A DNA stretch of 59,400 bases, counting the filler, from Coriobacteriales bacterium (lineage in GTDB: Bacteria > Actinomycetota > Coriobacteriia > Coriobacteriales > UBA8131): NCBI GenBank assembly GCA_031263105.1. It is 6 parts of 6 records of this genome, joined end to end, with 100 filler letters (N's around TTAATTAATTAA, not from the genome) between each part and the next. Parts side by side here need not be neighbours in the genome. Positions count along the whole stretch, not along the records: positions 30,591 to 54,301 come from JAISGJ010000234.1; positions 54,402 to 59,400 come from JAISGJ010000250.1; 4 more parts are not named here. One strand, written 5' to 3'. A model generated the notes under the pieces. It had not been told where the DNA came from. It was given only the letters and a program-made list of their open reading frames with translations, and searched no databases. Positions within the stretch are counted from its first letter, which is position 1. Each line of letters starts with the position of its first letter. Position numbers and translations under genes: made by a program. Below, piece after piece: positions 49,572-59,400 of the stretch.

Positions 49572-50498
49572 ATGGGACCCGACGCGCAGGCAGGCGAGGG
49601 CGCTGTCTTCAAAAGCGGCTTCGTCACGCTCGTCGGGCGCCCCAACGCAGGGAAGTCGACCCTGTTCAACGCCGTCCTCGGCAAGAAGCTCGCCATCGTG
49701 TCGGGGACGCCCCAGACGACGCGCCACCGCTTCCGCGCCATCGTAAACGCCCCCGGCTACCAGCTCGTGCTCGTCGACACCCCCGGCATCCACAAGCCGC
49801 ATGACGCCTTGGGCGAGGAGCTCAACCGGTCCGCCTGCAAGGCCGTCGAGTCGGTGGACGCCCTCTGTTTCGTGCTCGATGCCACGCGCGCCTTCGGAAG
49901 CGGCGACCAGTGGATACTCGATGCGACCGCCCGCTCGAAGGCGCCCCGCATGCTCGTCCTCAGCAAGTGCGAATGCGCAGGCGACGCCGAGCAGGAGGCG
50001 CAGGTCGCCGCAGCATGCGCCGCCAACCGCTTCGATGCCGTCGTCGCCCTGAGCGCGCACACCGGCGCGGGCATCGGGCGCTTCGTCGAGACGGCCGTCT
50101 CGTTTCTGCCCGAGGGCCCGTGCTGGTTCCCGCCCGACGTGAGCTGCGACCAGCCCTTGGAGGTCATCGTCGCGGAGTTCATACGCGAGAAGGTGCTCGC
50201 CTCGACCTTCGACGAGGTCCCCCATGCGGTCGGCGTGCAGGTGGAGGAGCTCTCCTTTGACAGGCGCAAGGGGCACTGCTCCGTCCGTGCGACCGTCTTC
50301 GTCGAGCGCGAGTCACAGAAGGGCATACTCATAGGGCACCGTGGCGAGAGGATAAAGCAGGTCGGAACCCAGGCGCGCCTCGACCTCGCACGCTTCCTTG
50401 CCGCGTCGGTCTACCTCGACCTGCGCGTGAAGCTGCGCCGGCACTGGCGCAGGGACGCGAGCCAGATACGGCGCTTCGGCTACGGCGAGGGCGCCTGA
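49572..50498 (+). CDS. era: GTPase Era
   Basis: SGFV.LVGRPNAGKSTL, PQTTR, DTPG, KH domain; G4 motif diverged (SKCE). Confidence 0.95.
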   Translation: MGPDAQAGEGAVFKSGFVTLVGRPNAGKSTLFNAVLGKKLAIVSGTPQTTRHRFRAIVNAPGYQLVLVDTPGIHKPHDALGEELNRSACKAVESVDALCFVLDATRAFGSGDQWILDATARSKAPRMLVLSKCECAGDAEQEAQVAAACAANRFDAVVALSAHTGAGIGRFVETAVSFLPEGPCWFPPDVSCDQPLEVIVAEFIREKVLASTFDEVPHAVGVQVEELSFDRRKGHCSVRATVFVERESQKGILIGHRGERIKQVGTQARLDLARFLAASVYLDLRVKLRRHWRRDASQIRRFGYGEGA

Positions 50499-51262
50499 TG
50501 GGCCTCGACTCGGCGACGATGCTGGTGCTCAGGAAGACCAAGCTCGCAGAGACGGACCTCATCGTCACGGGCTTCTCCGACGAGGGCAGGCAGGTGCGCG
50601 CTGTCGCAAAGGGCGCACGCAGGCCCGGCTCCAAGCTCGGTGCGCACCTCGAGCTGTACTCCGTGGCCCGGGTGCTCCTGCGCAAGGGACGCAGGCTCGA
50701 CCTCGTCACGGAGGCCTTCGGCATCGACAGCAACAGTGCCTGTCGCGCCGACGTCCTGCACTCGGCGGGTGCCGCCGCCGTCGTCGAGCTGTTGGACAAG
50801 GTCTCGGCGGACGGGGACACCGAGGCGAGGCTCTTCCCCCTTGCCTGCGCCGCGCTGCGCAGCGTCGGCGCCGTGCCCGACGAGGGCGTCCCCCTCGTCA
50901 CCGCCGCCGCCGTGCTCAAGATATCCGCCCAGCTGGGATTTCGCCCCTCGTTCGTGCGATGTGCCTGCTGCGGGGGCGCCGAGGGCGGCGCCATGCCCGC
51001 CTTCTCCTTCGAGCAGGGCGGCGTCATATGCGAGCGCTGCCTGCCCGGCCTGCCCGAGGGCGGCGGCGGCCGCAGGGACGCCCGCCTCGTCGGCTGGGCC
51101 GAGGTGCTTCTCAACGGCCGCTTCGGCGACCTCGAGCGCCATGCGGACGGGGAGCATGCGGCCTTGGGCCGCGAGCTGCTCGCCTTCTCCCGTGAATGGC
51201 TGCGCTTCCATCTCGTCGACCGCCTGCGCTCCCTCGACTTCCTGCTGAACTTCCCCGTCTAA
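50498..51262 (+). CDS. recO: DNA repair protein RecO
   Basis: VLRKTKL.ETD.IV, AVAKGARRP.SK, CACC...GG.IC..C Zn finger; follows era. Confidence 0.93.
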   Translation: MGLDSATMLVLRKTKLAETDLIVTGFSDEGRQVRAVAKGARRPGSKLGAHLELYSVARVLLRKGRRLDLVTEAFGIDSNSACRADVLHSAGAAAVVELLDKVSADGDTEARLFPLACAALRSVGAVPDEGVPLVTAAAVLKISAQLGFRPSFVRCACCGGAEGGAMPAFSFEQGGVICERCLPGLPEGGGGRRDARLVGWAEVLLNGRFGDLERHADGEHAALGRELLAFSREWLRFHLVDRLRSLDFLLNFPV

Positions 51263-52743
51263 GGGGGGCCCCCCCCCCCCCCCCCGGGGGGGGGGGGGGG
51301 GGGGGGGGGCCCAAATTTCCAGTGCCGTGTAATTGAAACAGCGAGAGGAGGACGGGGAAGACACATTTAGCTCTTGTTCATAGTTAAACTTTGTCCTGGG
51401 TTCTGGAAGTAGAACTTGAATATTACTCAGGTAGCAGGCCTATTCCATGTGCTCCTCTATTAGGAACAAGTTGAAGAGAGTTGAGTTCAATTGGTTCAGA
51501 ATCCCTAGACCTCTAACACAAAGAATCATAAAGCTGTCTTCCTTGGTGCTGTACCAGTAGTAACACATTCAACAACGCTTTGCCATCGCCTGACAAAGTA
51601 TTCTATGTAGCAATGGAATATATTTGTGTTAGGGGTGAGAAAGTTGCTACGCGAAGTGGGAAAGACGCAGCATGTTTCTTGTTGGATAGCTACGAAGTAG
51701 AGAACAGTAGTCATGGGTTAACAAAGCACGCTTGGGTTTTGCAGCCGGCGTTCAAGGGCCCTTAATAACGTCTGTTATATGCTCTTGATCTAGCGAAACT
51801 TAACACGAAACACCAATTACACGCGTTAATAAATTGCAATGATGATCGTTATTTAATGAGGGGAAGCATATTTCCGTAAATTACAACTAATTATCAAGGA
51901 AACTCTAAACCGAATAACATTATGCCTAGGAGCGAGAGATTTCACTTCTATCCTGCCTTCTACTAAGTGAAAGAAATAACTATCAGTTCCTATTCTTTCA
52001 AATGAACAGAGAGTGAAAATGGTATCAACAGTCTCGCCTTCTATGTAGCCTTGACATGGAATTTTACAGAACCGTTTCGCGTCTACATTACTGTCACTCG
52101 TTCATCAGCTATGTTTTGGCCTTCTCTTTCACTGATGTTAGAATGTTAGAATGATTCATTTACAAAAGAATTTGAGGTGTAGACAGAACTTGGAGTCAGA
52201 TTATTCTGTCTCTTTTAAGAAATCGAGAGCAACATTGAATCGTATACAAACAATAGCAAACAGTATAGAAGTACATAAAGGAATTATGCAAATTTAAGCT
52301 TAAACTACATCCTTCATGTAGAAGGTACGTTGACTAAATTACAAGGAATAAGAGGCTAAAACTGTCCTATAGGAAGCATTCGGAGAATAAAACATTCAGT
52401 TACAGTGAACAGTTGCGGTAAATGTCACTTCAGGCAGTGCATAAGTCCGAAGCTCAATAAAGAACGGTCATTTCAGCATAGGCACGAAAAGCGTTGCACA
52501 GCCCCCGCTAAGCTTCAGATGTCAGACGTGTCTGAGTTAAATTACTGGATTTCTTCGCTGGTCAGCATCCCTCTAAACCACATTCCTTTTCGGGAAGCTG
52601 ATAGCTCTCAGCAGGTCAATAAATTCCCCATCTTTTGCGGAACCCGAAGAATAACTGCCATTTTACAACATGCCCTGAATCCTTCCCCGAGCCCAGTCCA
52701 CGCTCTTAAATTCTACTTCTTCTGGATCCCATTCCCATTTACA

Positions 52744-53050
52744 GCCGGAATAGAGCAGTCGGTATAGCGGCCGGCTAAGGGCTGAACGGCCGATGAATCG
52801 GAATTCGATTCCAGGTAGAGGCAAGGTTTTTCGCATCTCCACATCGTCCAGACCAGTTCTGGGGACCATCCACCTTCCAATCGAACGGGTGCTGATGGAT
52901 CTTCTTCAGGGGGTTAAACGGCCGGAGTAAGAAGGTGGCCACTCACCTCAAACTAGTGCTTAGGCCGAGAATGCATGACTCTATACATCCACTTCGCTAT
53001 AAGCCTTCATAGCGTATTGCTTAGGTAGTTAGGCAAACAGACAACTTCAC
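52744..53050 (+). mobile_element. tRNA-derived SINE, termite Talua-like, diverged
   Basis: A-box-like TAGAGCAGTCGG, B-box-like TTCGATTCC, body CGTCCAGACC...CCACTCACCTC..CTAGTGC; family recognised from memory. Confidence 0.7.
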
Positions 53051-53586
53051 ATTTCCTACACGCAGGTTCCCAGATAATGTCTTCCCTTCAGGTTCCGATA
53101 CTAGCATTCTATATTCCTCACGTCACTCCCTTTCTTGCTATGTGCTCCGTACACATTTCATACACATGCCGCTAATACAGCAGCCTCTGACTGCACTAAA
53201 GCATGTGCACACAGGCAAAGTGTATAATTAACAGTCTCCAGCCTCCCCCCCCCCCTTTCATTCTCATGCTATTTGCAGTATCTGCGCCTCACAATGCCAT
53301 TACATTCTCCAGCACATCTCTTGCTTCAGATGCCTGGCATATTTCTGGTGAGGAAACACGCAAAGTAGAGTTAGTGAGTCAGTTTGTGCATACCTTAAGG
53401 TGACAAGGGAGACGGCTTGATAAAGCTGATAAGGCAGTTCCATTGCACAAACATTTCTGCAACTACGATCTCATACACCTTAGGACCCTTTATTCGTTGC
53501 GGAGTATTAAATATTTACTTTTTTCAATAACTGATAAGTATTATTATTAGTAGTATTATTTTATTAAAAGTAGTAGTACTACCAGT

Positions 53587-53878
53587 GACCACCTCTGTGG
53601 TCTAGTCGTCACAGTTCCTGGCTACAGATCCAGAGGTCCGGGTTCGATTACCGGCACTACCAGATTTTCTGAGAAGTAGTAGGTCTGGAACGGGGTCCAC
53701 ACAGCCTCGTGAGTACACTTGAGGAGCTACTTGTAAGAAAAAGTAGCTGCTTCGGTCTAGAAATCCGAGAATACGGCCGCAGGGATCCGTCAGGCTGATT
53801 ACGTGGTACCCTTTATCCGCAAAAGTTGGAACTAACTTCGCCGACAAGTTCGCACGTTGACTCAGGCCACGAAGTTTA
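53587..53878 (+). mobile_element. tRNA-derived SINE of a second termite-type family
   Basis: TGGTCTAGT A-box, GGGTTCGATTACC B-box, body GGTCTGGAACGGGGTCCAC.CAGCCTCGTGAG; simple-repeat tail. Confidence 0.75.
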
Positions 53879-53915
53879 GTTTTTCTTAGTTCTTTAGTAA
53901 TAGCAGCAGTACTAC

Positions 53916-53963
<48 letters not shown>

Positions 53964-54401
53964 CAGCAACAAATTTTTATTTCTTTCCTCTTACGCATGC
54001 TCATGCTCTAAGCTGTTAAGGTTACATTTAAATAAATACGATTAGAACGGAATTATTGCTTCTTTTGTCCTTGTACGCGTGCATGTTTTTTCTTGTTTCT
54101 CTTTTCTCGTGCTTACTGTATAATTGGTCCTTGGGCTCTTGAGTAAGCACATAAATAAATAAATAAATATTTTAACTAAATTAAGTTATTTTAATACATA
54201 ATCCCTTCTTCATATTTTACACATAGTTTACGAAAGGACACGACAATTCTTAGAACCTTTCCAATTGTAGACAGAGAATACTATCTTCATAACCATGAAA
54301 TNNNNNNNNNNNNNNNNNNNNNNNNNNNNNNNNNNNNNNNNNNNNTTAATTAATTAANNNNNNNNNNNNNNNNNNNNNNNNNNNNNNNNNNNNNNNNNNN
54401 N

Positions 54402-55736
54402 CTGCCCATAGACCAGCAGGTCAACGGCATCCAGGCCGCGCAGGCCGTGAACGCGCTCTGGGCCATAACGGGCAACACCGACGTGCCCGGCGGCAACATC
54501 GTCATCCGCAACGCCTTCGACCAGAACGTCTCCTACAACTACGGCTTCCATCTCCTGCCCGACGAGGTTCGGACAGAGCGGCTGGGCAGCGAGTTCCCCC
54601 TGCTCTCCAAGGCCGGCTTCAGCGCCTCGGCCCATGCGGACTCGGTATTGCAGGCCATCGAGACCGCAGAGCCCTACCCTGTCCGCATGGTGTGGATGAG
54701 CTCGACCAACCCGATAGCCAACATGGCCGCAGACGCGCCGCGCGTCTACAAGGCGCTCAGAAGCGTGGACTTCGTGGTCGTCAACGACCTCTACCTGACG
54801 CCGACGGCCGTGGCCTTCGCGGACGTCTTTTTGCCTGCGGCCATGAGCTGCGAGCGCGACTCCCAGCGCTGCTGGTGGACGCCCGCGCGCTCCATGAAGA
54901 AGGTCACCGAGTTCGCCGACGTGCGCTCGGACGAGAACATCGTCACGGACCTGGGCAGGCGGCTGCACCCAGAGAACTTCCCGTGGACGGACGAGGTCGG
55001 CTGGAACACGAACATCATCCAGACCGAGATGCCCGGCCTGCCGGTCTCCTCGTTGCCCGAGATGCAGGAGAAGGTCTACCTGTATCCCGAGTTCAACTAC
55101 CGCAAGCACGAGAAGGGCCTGCTCAGGCCCGACGGGCAGCCGGGCTTCAACACGCCGTCCGGGCGCGTCGAGCTCTACAACACCATCTTCATGCTCTGGG
55201 GCTACGACCCCTTGCCGTACTTCGAGGAGCCGTCCTGCTCGCCGTACTCCGCGCCCGAGCTGTACAAGGAGTACCCCTTCGTGCTCACCACGGGGGCGCG
55301 CTCCTACGAGTTCTTCCACTCCGAGCACCGCCAGCTCGAGACGATGCGCGAGTTCCACCCCTGGCCGCTCTTCGAGATGCACCCGGACGCGGCGGACGCG
55401 CTCGGCCTCGCGGACGGCGACTGGTGCTGGATCGAGAACCAGCGCGGGCGCTGCCGCCAGAGGCTCAAGGCCAACCCGACGCTCGATGCGCGCGTCGTGC
55501 GCGCAGAGCACGGCTGGTGGTTCCCGGAGCTCGAGGGGGCGGAGCCCGTGCTGTTCGGCGTGTTCGACTCCAACATCAACAACCTCACCCCCCAGTGCGA
55601 GAACGGCCCCACGGGCTTCGGCGCACCGTACAAGAACCAGCTGTGCACGGTGTACCGGTGCACGCCGGAAAACAGCGGCGACATGCCGGGGACGGTGGTC
55701 ACCCGTCAAGGAGGCTTCGGGCAGCAAGGGCAGTAG
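54402..55736 (+). CDS. Molybdopterin (bis-MGD, DMSO reductase superfamily) oxidoreductase, C-terminal part
   Basis: AITGN.DVPGG, DLYLTPTA..ADVFLP, GFNTPSGRVEL, LTTGAR..FFHSEHRQ, MHP..A..LG..DGDW. Confidence 0.92.
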   Translation: MPIDQQVNGIQAAQAVNALWAITGNTDVPGGNIVIRNAFDQNVSYNYGFHLLPDEVRTERLGSEFPLLSKAGFSASAHADSVLQAIETAEPYPVRMVWMSSTNPIANMAADAPRVYKALRSVDFVVVNDLYLTPTAVAFADVFLPAAMSCERDSQRCWWTPARSMKKVTEFADVRSDENIVTDLGRRLHPENFPWTDEVGWNTNIIQTEMPGLPVSSLPEMQEKVYLYPEFNYRKHEKGLLRPDGQPGFNTPSGRVELYNTIFMLWGYDPLPYFEEPSCSPYSAPELYKEYPFVLTTGARSYEFFHSEHRQLETMREFHPWPLFEMHPDAADALGLADGDWCWIENQRGRCRQRLKANPTLDARVVRAEHGWWFPELEGAEPVLFGVFDSNINNLTPQCENGPTGFGAPYKNQLCTVYRCTPENSGDMPGTVVTRQGGFGQQGQ

Positions 55737-55808
55737 GCCGACGTGCCGGGCCCGCAACCGGCCTGACCCTGATGCCCGGGGGCAGGCGAGGAAAGAAAAG
55801 GAGAGGCA

Positions 55809-56057
55809 ATGTTCAGCGTCGAGTCCCACGAGTACGACCCTGAGACCGGTATCGACACCTTCGTGTTCGCCCCGCTTGGCATGAAGGCGCTGATCAAGGT
55901 CACCGAGAAGGAGGAAGGCAGTCCCAAGGTGTTCCTGGGCGTGGAGGCGACCTATGTCCAGCAGTCCGTCAAGGAGCCGGAGTGGACGGTCTGCGGCAAC
56001 AAGGAGATCGCCGAGATAGCCTTGGGGTATTACGCGGAGCGCAAGGGAAGCGGCTAG
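55809..56057 (+). CDS. Small hypothetical protein in the oxidoreductase operon
   Basis: GGAGAGG RBS, typical codon usage, 82 aa. Confidence 0.75.
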   Translation: MFSVESHEYDPETGIDTFVFAPLGMKALIKVTEKEEGSPKVFLGVEATYVQQSVKEPEWTVCGNKEIAEIALGYYAERKGSG

Positions 56058-56072
56058 GAGAGGAGGATTGCG

Positions 56073-56570
56073 ATGGCTGGAACCGATGTCGAAAAGGGCG
56101 TGCATATCGTCCAGTATCCACGGGAGGTGTCCCTGTGCGCCGGTTGCGGCGGCTGTGAGATAGTCTGCTCGTTCGAGCATTTCGGCGCAGTGGGCAAGCA
56201 CACGGCGCGGCTCTTCGTCGACAGGGGCACGATCGACATGATGCACACGGTGTACGCCTGCCAGCAGTGCGCAGACCACCCCTGTTACGATGCCTGCCCG
56301 CCCAAGGTGCAGGCCATGCAGATCGACGAGGACGGCATGGTCTGGATCGACCAGGACGTCTGCATAGGCTGCAGGAGCTGCATCCGCGCCTGCCCGTTCA
56401 CTCCCGCGCGCATCAACTACAACTGGGAGGTCAAGAAGTCGCAGAAGTGCGACCTGTGCCGTGGGCGCGAGGGAGGCCCGGCCTGTATCGAGTACTGCCA
56501 GGTCCGTTGCATCGGGCTCTCCGACGGGCCCGTCCCGGTGCCGCCGCCGCCGCCCGCGCCTCCGGGCTGA
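56073..56570 (+). CDS. 4Fe-4S dicluster electron-transfer subunit
   Basis: CAGCGGCEIVC, CQQCADHPCYDACP, CIGCRSCIRACP, KCDLC..PACIEYC. Confidence 0.95.
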   Translation: MAGTDVEKGVHIVQYPREVSLCAGCGGCEIVCSFEHFGAVGKHTARLFVDRGTIDMMHTVYACQQCADHPCYDACPPKVQAMQIDEDGMVWIDQDVCIGCRSCIRACPFTPARINYNWEVKKSQKCDLCRGREGGPACIEYCQVRCIGLSDGPVPVPPPPPAPPG

Positions 56571-56588
56571 TCGCAGAAGGGAAGCAGG

Positions 56589-58652
56589 ATGACAACCGAC
56601 GAGAACGGGAAGCCCTACGGCTACGCAGGGAAGATCGCACGGATAAACCTGACCGACAAGAGCGTGGGCATTATTCCGACCGCCGACTACCTGCCCGACT
56701 ATGTGGGCGGGCGCTGCATGGCCAACAAGATATTCTACGACGAGGCCCGCCCCGGCGTGGGCGCGTTCGACCCTGACAACATCATGGTCTACATGACCGG
56801 CCCCACCTGCGCCACAGGGATACCCTGCGGAGGCAGGAGCCTGTTCACCTCGATATCGCCCAACAGCCTGCCGGAGCAGTACTGTTGGAGCGGCCTGGGC
56901 GGGTTCTTCTCGGTGGAGCTCAAGTGGGCAGGCTACGACGGCCTCGTGCTGGAGGGTGCGGCGGATACGCCCACCTACCTCTACATCGAGGACGACAGGA
57001 TCGAGTTTCTGCCTGCGGACTGGCTCTGGGGCACATTCGTGCACGAGAGCCAGCTCATGCTGGAGGAGGTGCACGGGCACGACGTGCGCAGCATGGTCAT
57101 AGGCCCCGCCGGCGAGAACCTCGTGCGCAACGCCTCCATCACGTCCAGCAACGACAGCGCCGCCGCCAAGGCGGGCTTCGGCGCGGTCTGGGGCTCGAAG
57201 ATGCTCAAGGCGATAACGTGCAAGGGCTCGGGATCCTTCCGCCCTGCGAGCATCGAGAAGACCCTGGCCCTGCGCAAGAGCATGGGGCAGCCCGACTACC
57301 GCCTGAAGCCGCTCTACCGCCTCGATGCCTACGACATCCCGGCGGCGGCCAACAACCACCTCGAGGTGCCGGAGGGCTTCGGGCTCGGTTTCGTGGCCTG
57401 CTCCTTTGGCTGCAACCAGCACTGCAACCAGCTGTTCACGGACGTCAACGACGGCTTCGGCCTGGGGCGCAGGCAGAACCGCATCGAGAAGTGCGTGGGC
57501 CGGTACGCCTTCGCCTATTACGACGACGCCACGTGGATGCCGGCCATGAGCTACTGGACCGAGCAGAACTTCTTCCCGTCCTGCAAGATGATGGCGACGG
57601 ACTTCCCCGAGCCGGACGTGACGGACCCGGACATCGGGGAGCTCTTCGGCATGCGGCCGGGCGACACCCTGGGCCACTGGAAGCCCAACTGGCACAAGGG
57701 CAACACCATGATGGACCTGTGCAACCAGTACGGGCTGGACAAATGGGACACCATCGTCTGGATCTTCCCGTGGCTTGCCATGGGCTCGAAGGAGGGTGTC
57801 TTCGACGACATGGACTTCGGCATGGAGATCGACTGCGACAACGAGGAGTTCGTGAAGCACATCCTCGACATGATCGTCTATCGCAAGGGCGAGCTGGGCG
57901 ACCTTCTGGCCGAGGGCATGGCACGCGCCATCCGCACGCTCGGCAAGGAGAAGTTCGGCGACACGATATACCACGGCCGCTACTCCAACATCAGCCAACA
58001 GAACCTGCCCCTGCGCATCTCCAACGAGTCCGCCTGGGGACACAGCTTCCACTGGCAGGGCAGGGGCTTCCAGGGCGCCAACGACATCACGCAGTGGCTG
58101 CCCATCACCATCGAGCTGATGACGTCCACGCGCGATGCGCAGACGGTCACGCACCACAAGGACTTCCTGGAGTGGCGCCACGCCGTCAAGGACGACGTAT
58201 GGTCGAACCCTCTGGTGCCGCCCTCCATCGTCCGCAACGAGAACGGCGCCGAGCTCAAGGACACGGTGATGGCCTGCGAGTTCCAGACGCCCGACCTTAT
58301 CAACACCTCGTTGGAGGCCCAGATGCTCGAGGCCGCGACCGGCGACGAATGGACGAAGGAGATGACGGACGCACTGGCCGAGCGCTCCAAGCTGCTGTTC
58401 CGCGCCATCCTGATGAGGCACTCGGGCCGTTGCCGCGAGCAGGAGGTCGACGCCGTGTTCCCGAGCATCGAGATGCCGGACGCCGAGGGCAAGACGGTCA
58501 CCTTCGAGCAGTTCAACGAGCTGGTCGACGGCTATTACCGGGAGCGCGGCTGGGACAGGGAGACCGGCTGGCCGACGCGCGACACCTGGACGAGGCACGG
58601 CCTCGGGTACATCGCAGACGACATGGCCGCCTTGGGCAAGCTGCCTGCGTAG
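56589..58652 (+). CDS. Aldehyde:ferredoxin oxidoreductase family (tungstopterin WOR) large subunit
   Basis: GYAGKIARINLT, ELKWAGYDG..LEG, IGPAGENLV, GFGAVWGSK.LKAI, YY..RGWD..TG.PT. Confidence 0.92.
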   Translation: MTTDENGKPYGYAGKIARINLTDKSVGIIPTADYLPDYVGGRCMANKIFYDEARPGVGAFDPDNIMVYMTGPTCATGIPCGGRSLFTSISPNSLPEQYCWSGLGGFFSVELKWAGYDGLVLEGAADTPTYLYIEDDRIEFLPADWLWGTFVHESQLMLEEVHGHDVRSMVIGPAGENLVRNASITSSNDSAAAKAGFGAVWGSKMLKAITCKGSGSFRPASIEKTLALRKSMGQPDYRLKPLYRLDAYDIPAAANNHLEVPEGFGLGFVACSFGCNQHCNQLFTDVNDGFGLGRRQNRIEKCVGRYAFAYYDDATWMPAMSYWTEQNFFPSCKMMATDFPEPDVTDPDIGELFGMRPGDTLGHWKPNWHKGNTMMDLCNQYGLDKWDTIVWIFPWLAMGSKEGVFDDMDFGMEIDCDNEEFVKHILDMIVYRKGELGDLLAEGMARAIRTLGKEKFGDTIYHGRYSNISQQNLPLRISNESAWGHSFHWQGRGFQGANDITQWLPITIELMTSTRDAQTVTHHKDFLEWRHAVKDDVWSNPLVPPSIVRNENGAELKDTVMACEFQTPDLINTSLEAQMLEAATGDEWTKEMTDALAERSKLLFRAILMRHSGRCREQEVDAVFPSIEMPDAEGKTVTFEQFNELVDGYYRERGWDRETGWPTRDTWTRHGLGYIADDMAALGKLPA

Positions 58653-58713
58653 CCTGCCTGCGCAGGCACGACCCACAGGGGCCCCTGCCCATGCAGGGGC
58701 CATCGAGAGAGGA

Positions 58714-59022
58714 GTGGACATGGTACATATGATCACGGTGGTCAAGGTCGACGAGGAGAGGCTGGACGACATCGCGGCGGCGGCGGCAAAGCTGGCCGAG
58801 GGCGTGCGCGCCGAGGACGGCTGCATCTCCTACCAGCTGCTGAGGACGGTGGGCGCACGTGACACGGTCATCTTTCTGGAGGCCTGGGAGTCCCTTGAGG
58901 CCTTCGGCGCCCACGTGGCATTGGGCGAGGAGGCCGGCACGCCGCTGCAGGAGTTCGGCACGGTCATCGGCCCGGCCTCCCTGGGAGAGCCCCTGCACTG
59001 GGACGCAGAGGTGCTGGTGTAG
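58714..59022 (+). CDS. ABM-domain (antibiotic biosynthesis monooxygenase-like) protein
   Basis: VRAEDGCISYQL, FLEAWESLEAF.AH. Confidence 0.8.
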   Translation: MDMVHMITVVKVDEERLDDIAAAAAKLAEGVRAEDGCISYQLLRTVGARDTVIFLEAWESLEAFGAHVALGEEAGTPLQEFGTVIGPASLGEPLHWDAEVLV

Positions 59023-59047
59023 ACGTTGCGCACGCTGCAGCTCACGC

Positions 59048-59400
59048 CCCCCACTGCCATCCCGGGCCCCCACGGCCCTCCCGAGCCCCCACTGCCATCC
59101 CGGGCCCCCACTGCCATCCCGGGCCCCCACTGTCATTCCGAGCCTGTCGAGGAATCCTTGGGTCCGAGCGCCCGGAAAACGCACCGCGTTTTCAGCGAGG
59201 ACGGCGCGACAGTCCAGTGGACTGGAAAACAGCCCAGTGGGCTGTTTCCGGGCGAAGCTGCGAAGCAGCGGGGGAGCCCCTGAGCGGGTGAGCCCATGGA
59301 ACCGACAGGCCCACGGGACGCGAAGCGACCAAGGCAGGTCGGGGGGCCCTTCGACCTGCGGTCGACCGCTGGCGCGGTCGAAGATTCCTCGACAGGCTCG
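59048..59400. repeat. Five tandem 19-bp copies of the MITE arm followed by a long composite palindromic element (runs past window end)
   Basis: Units like CCCCCACTGCCATCCCGGG at 59048-59142; closing GATTCCTCGACAGGCTCG at 59383-59400. Confidence 0.88.

Noticed and set aside
53587..53660. Possible extra tRNA gene
   Set aside because: tRNA-like head of a SINE in the eukaryotic segment; no complete cloverleaf or acceptor stem.
54354..58826. Very long antisense ORFs (1490 aa here; also 20303-23143, 34214-37360, 41091-43589)
   Set aside because: Shadow frames of high-GC genes on the opposite strand with no recognisable motifs.
59048..59142. Possible CRISPR or iteron array
   Set aside because: Spacerless tandem copies of the MITE arm; no rep or cas gene nearby.

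Overview
High-GC bacterial DNA, most consistent with a Coriobacteriia (Eggerthellaceae-like) gut anaerobe. The window is six contigs joined by artificial N-TTAATTAATTAA-N linkers (contigs 1-9769, 9870-19156, 19257-23152, 23253-30490, 30591-54301, 54402-59400), so adjacency across linkers is unproven. Core blocks: rplM-rpsI-glmM-glmS-acpS-nnrD; a GlnR-like regulator and polA; tRNA-Gln and tRNA-Glu; gshA-like/ATP-grasp/gltX; rpsA-lepA-dusB-hemW-hrcA-dnaJ-rsmE-mtaB-phoH-ybeY-dgkA-era-recO; and a Mo/W-pterin oxidoreductase cluster. Accessory regions hold surface proteins with InlB B-repeats (an S8 protease and an LRR protein), defence-type genes (AbiH, DUF2971, DUF4145) and about eight toxin-antitoxin modules, several with truncated toxins. 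Best leads: (i) a PBECR3-type RNase gene whose 3' end overlaps a compact tRNA-arm-like RNA fold followed by an antisense extended -10; (ii) a 162-bp palindromic MITE family with GTTACTGTTC termini and exact 8-bp target-site duplications; (iii) accessory DNA bracketed by duplicated 3' ends of core genes (moxR, nnrD, tRNA-Glu) with no integrase in view; (iv) a promoter whose whole -35/-10 spacer is a G20 tract upstream of the LRR surface protein. Bases ~51311-54301 are AT-rich insect (probably termite) DNA with SINEs, joined through a poly-C/poly-G run and most likely an assembly chimera. All family assignments come from motif recognition by eye; no database searches were run.
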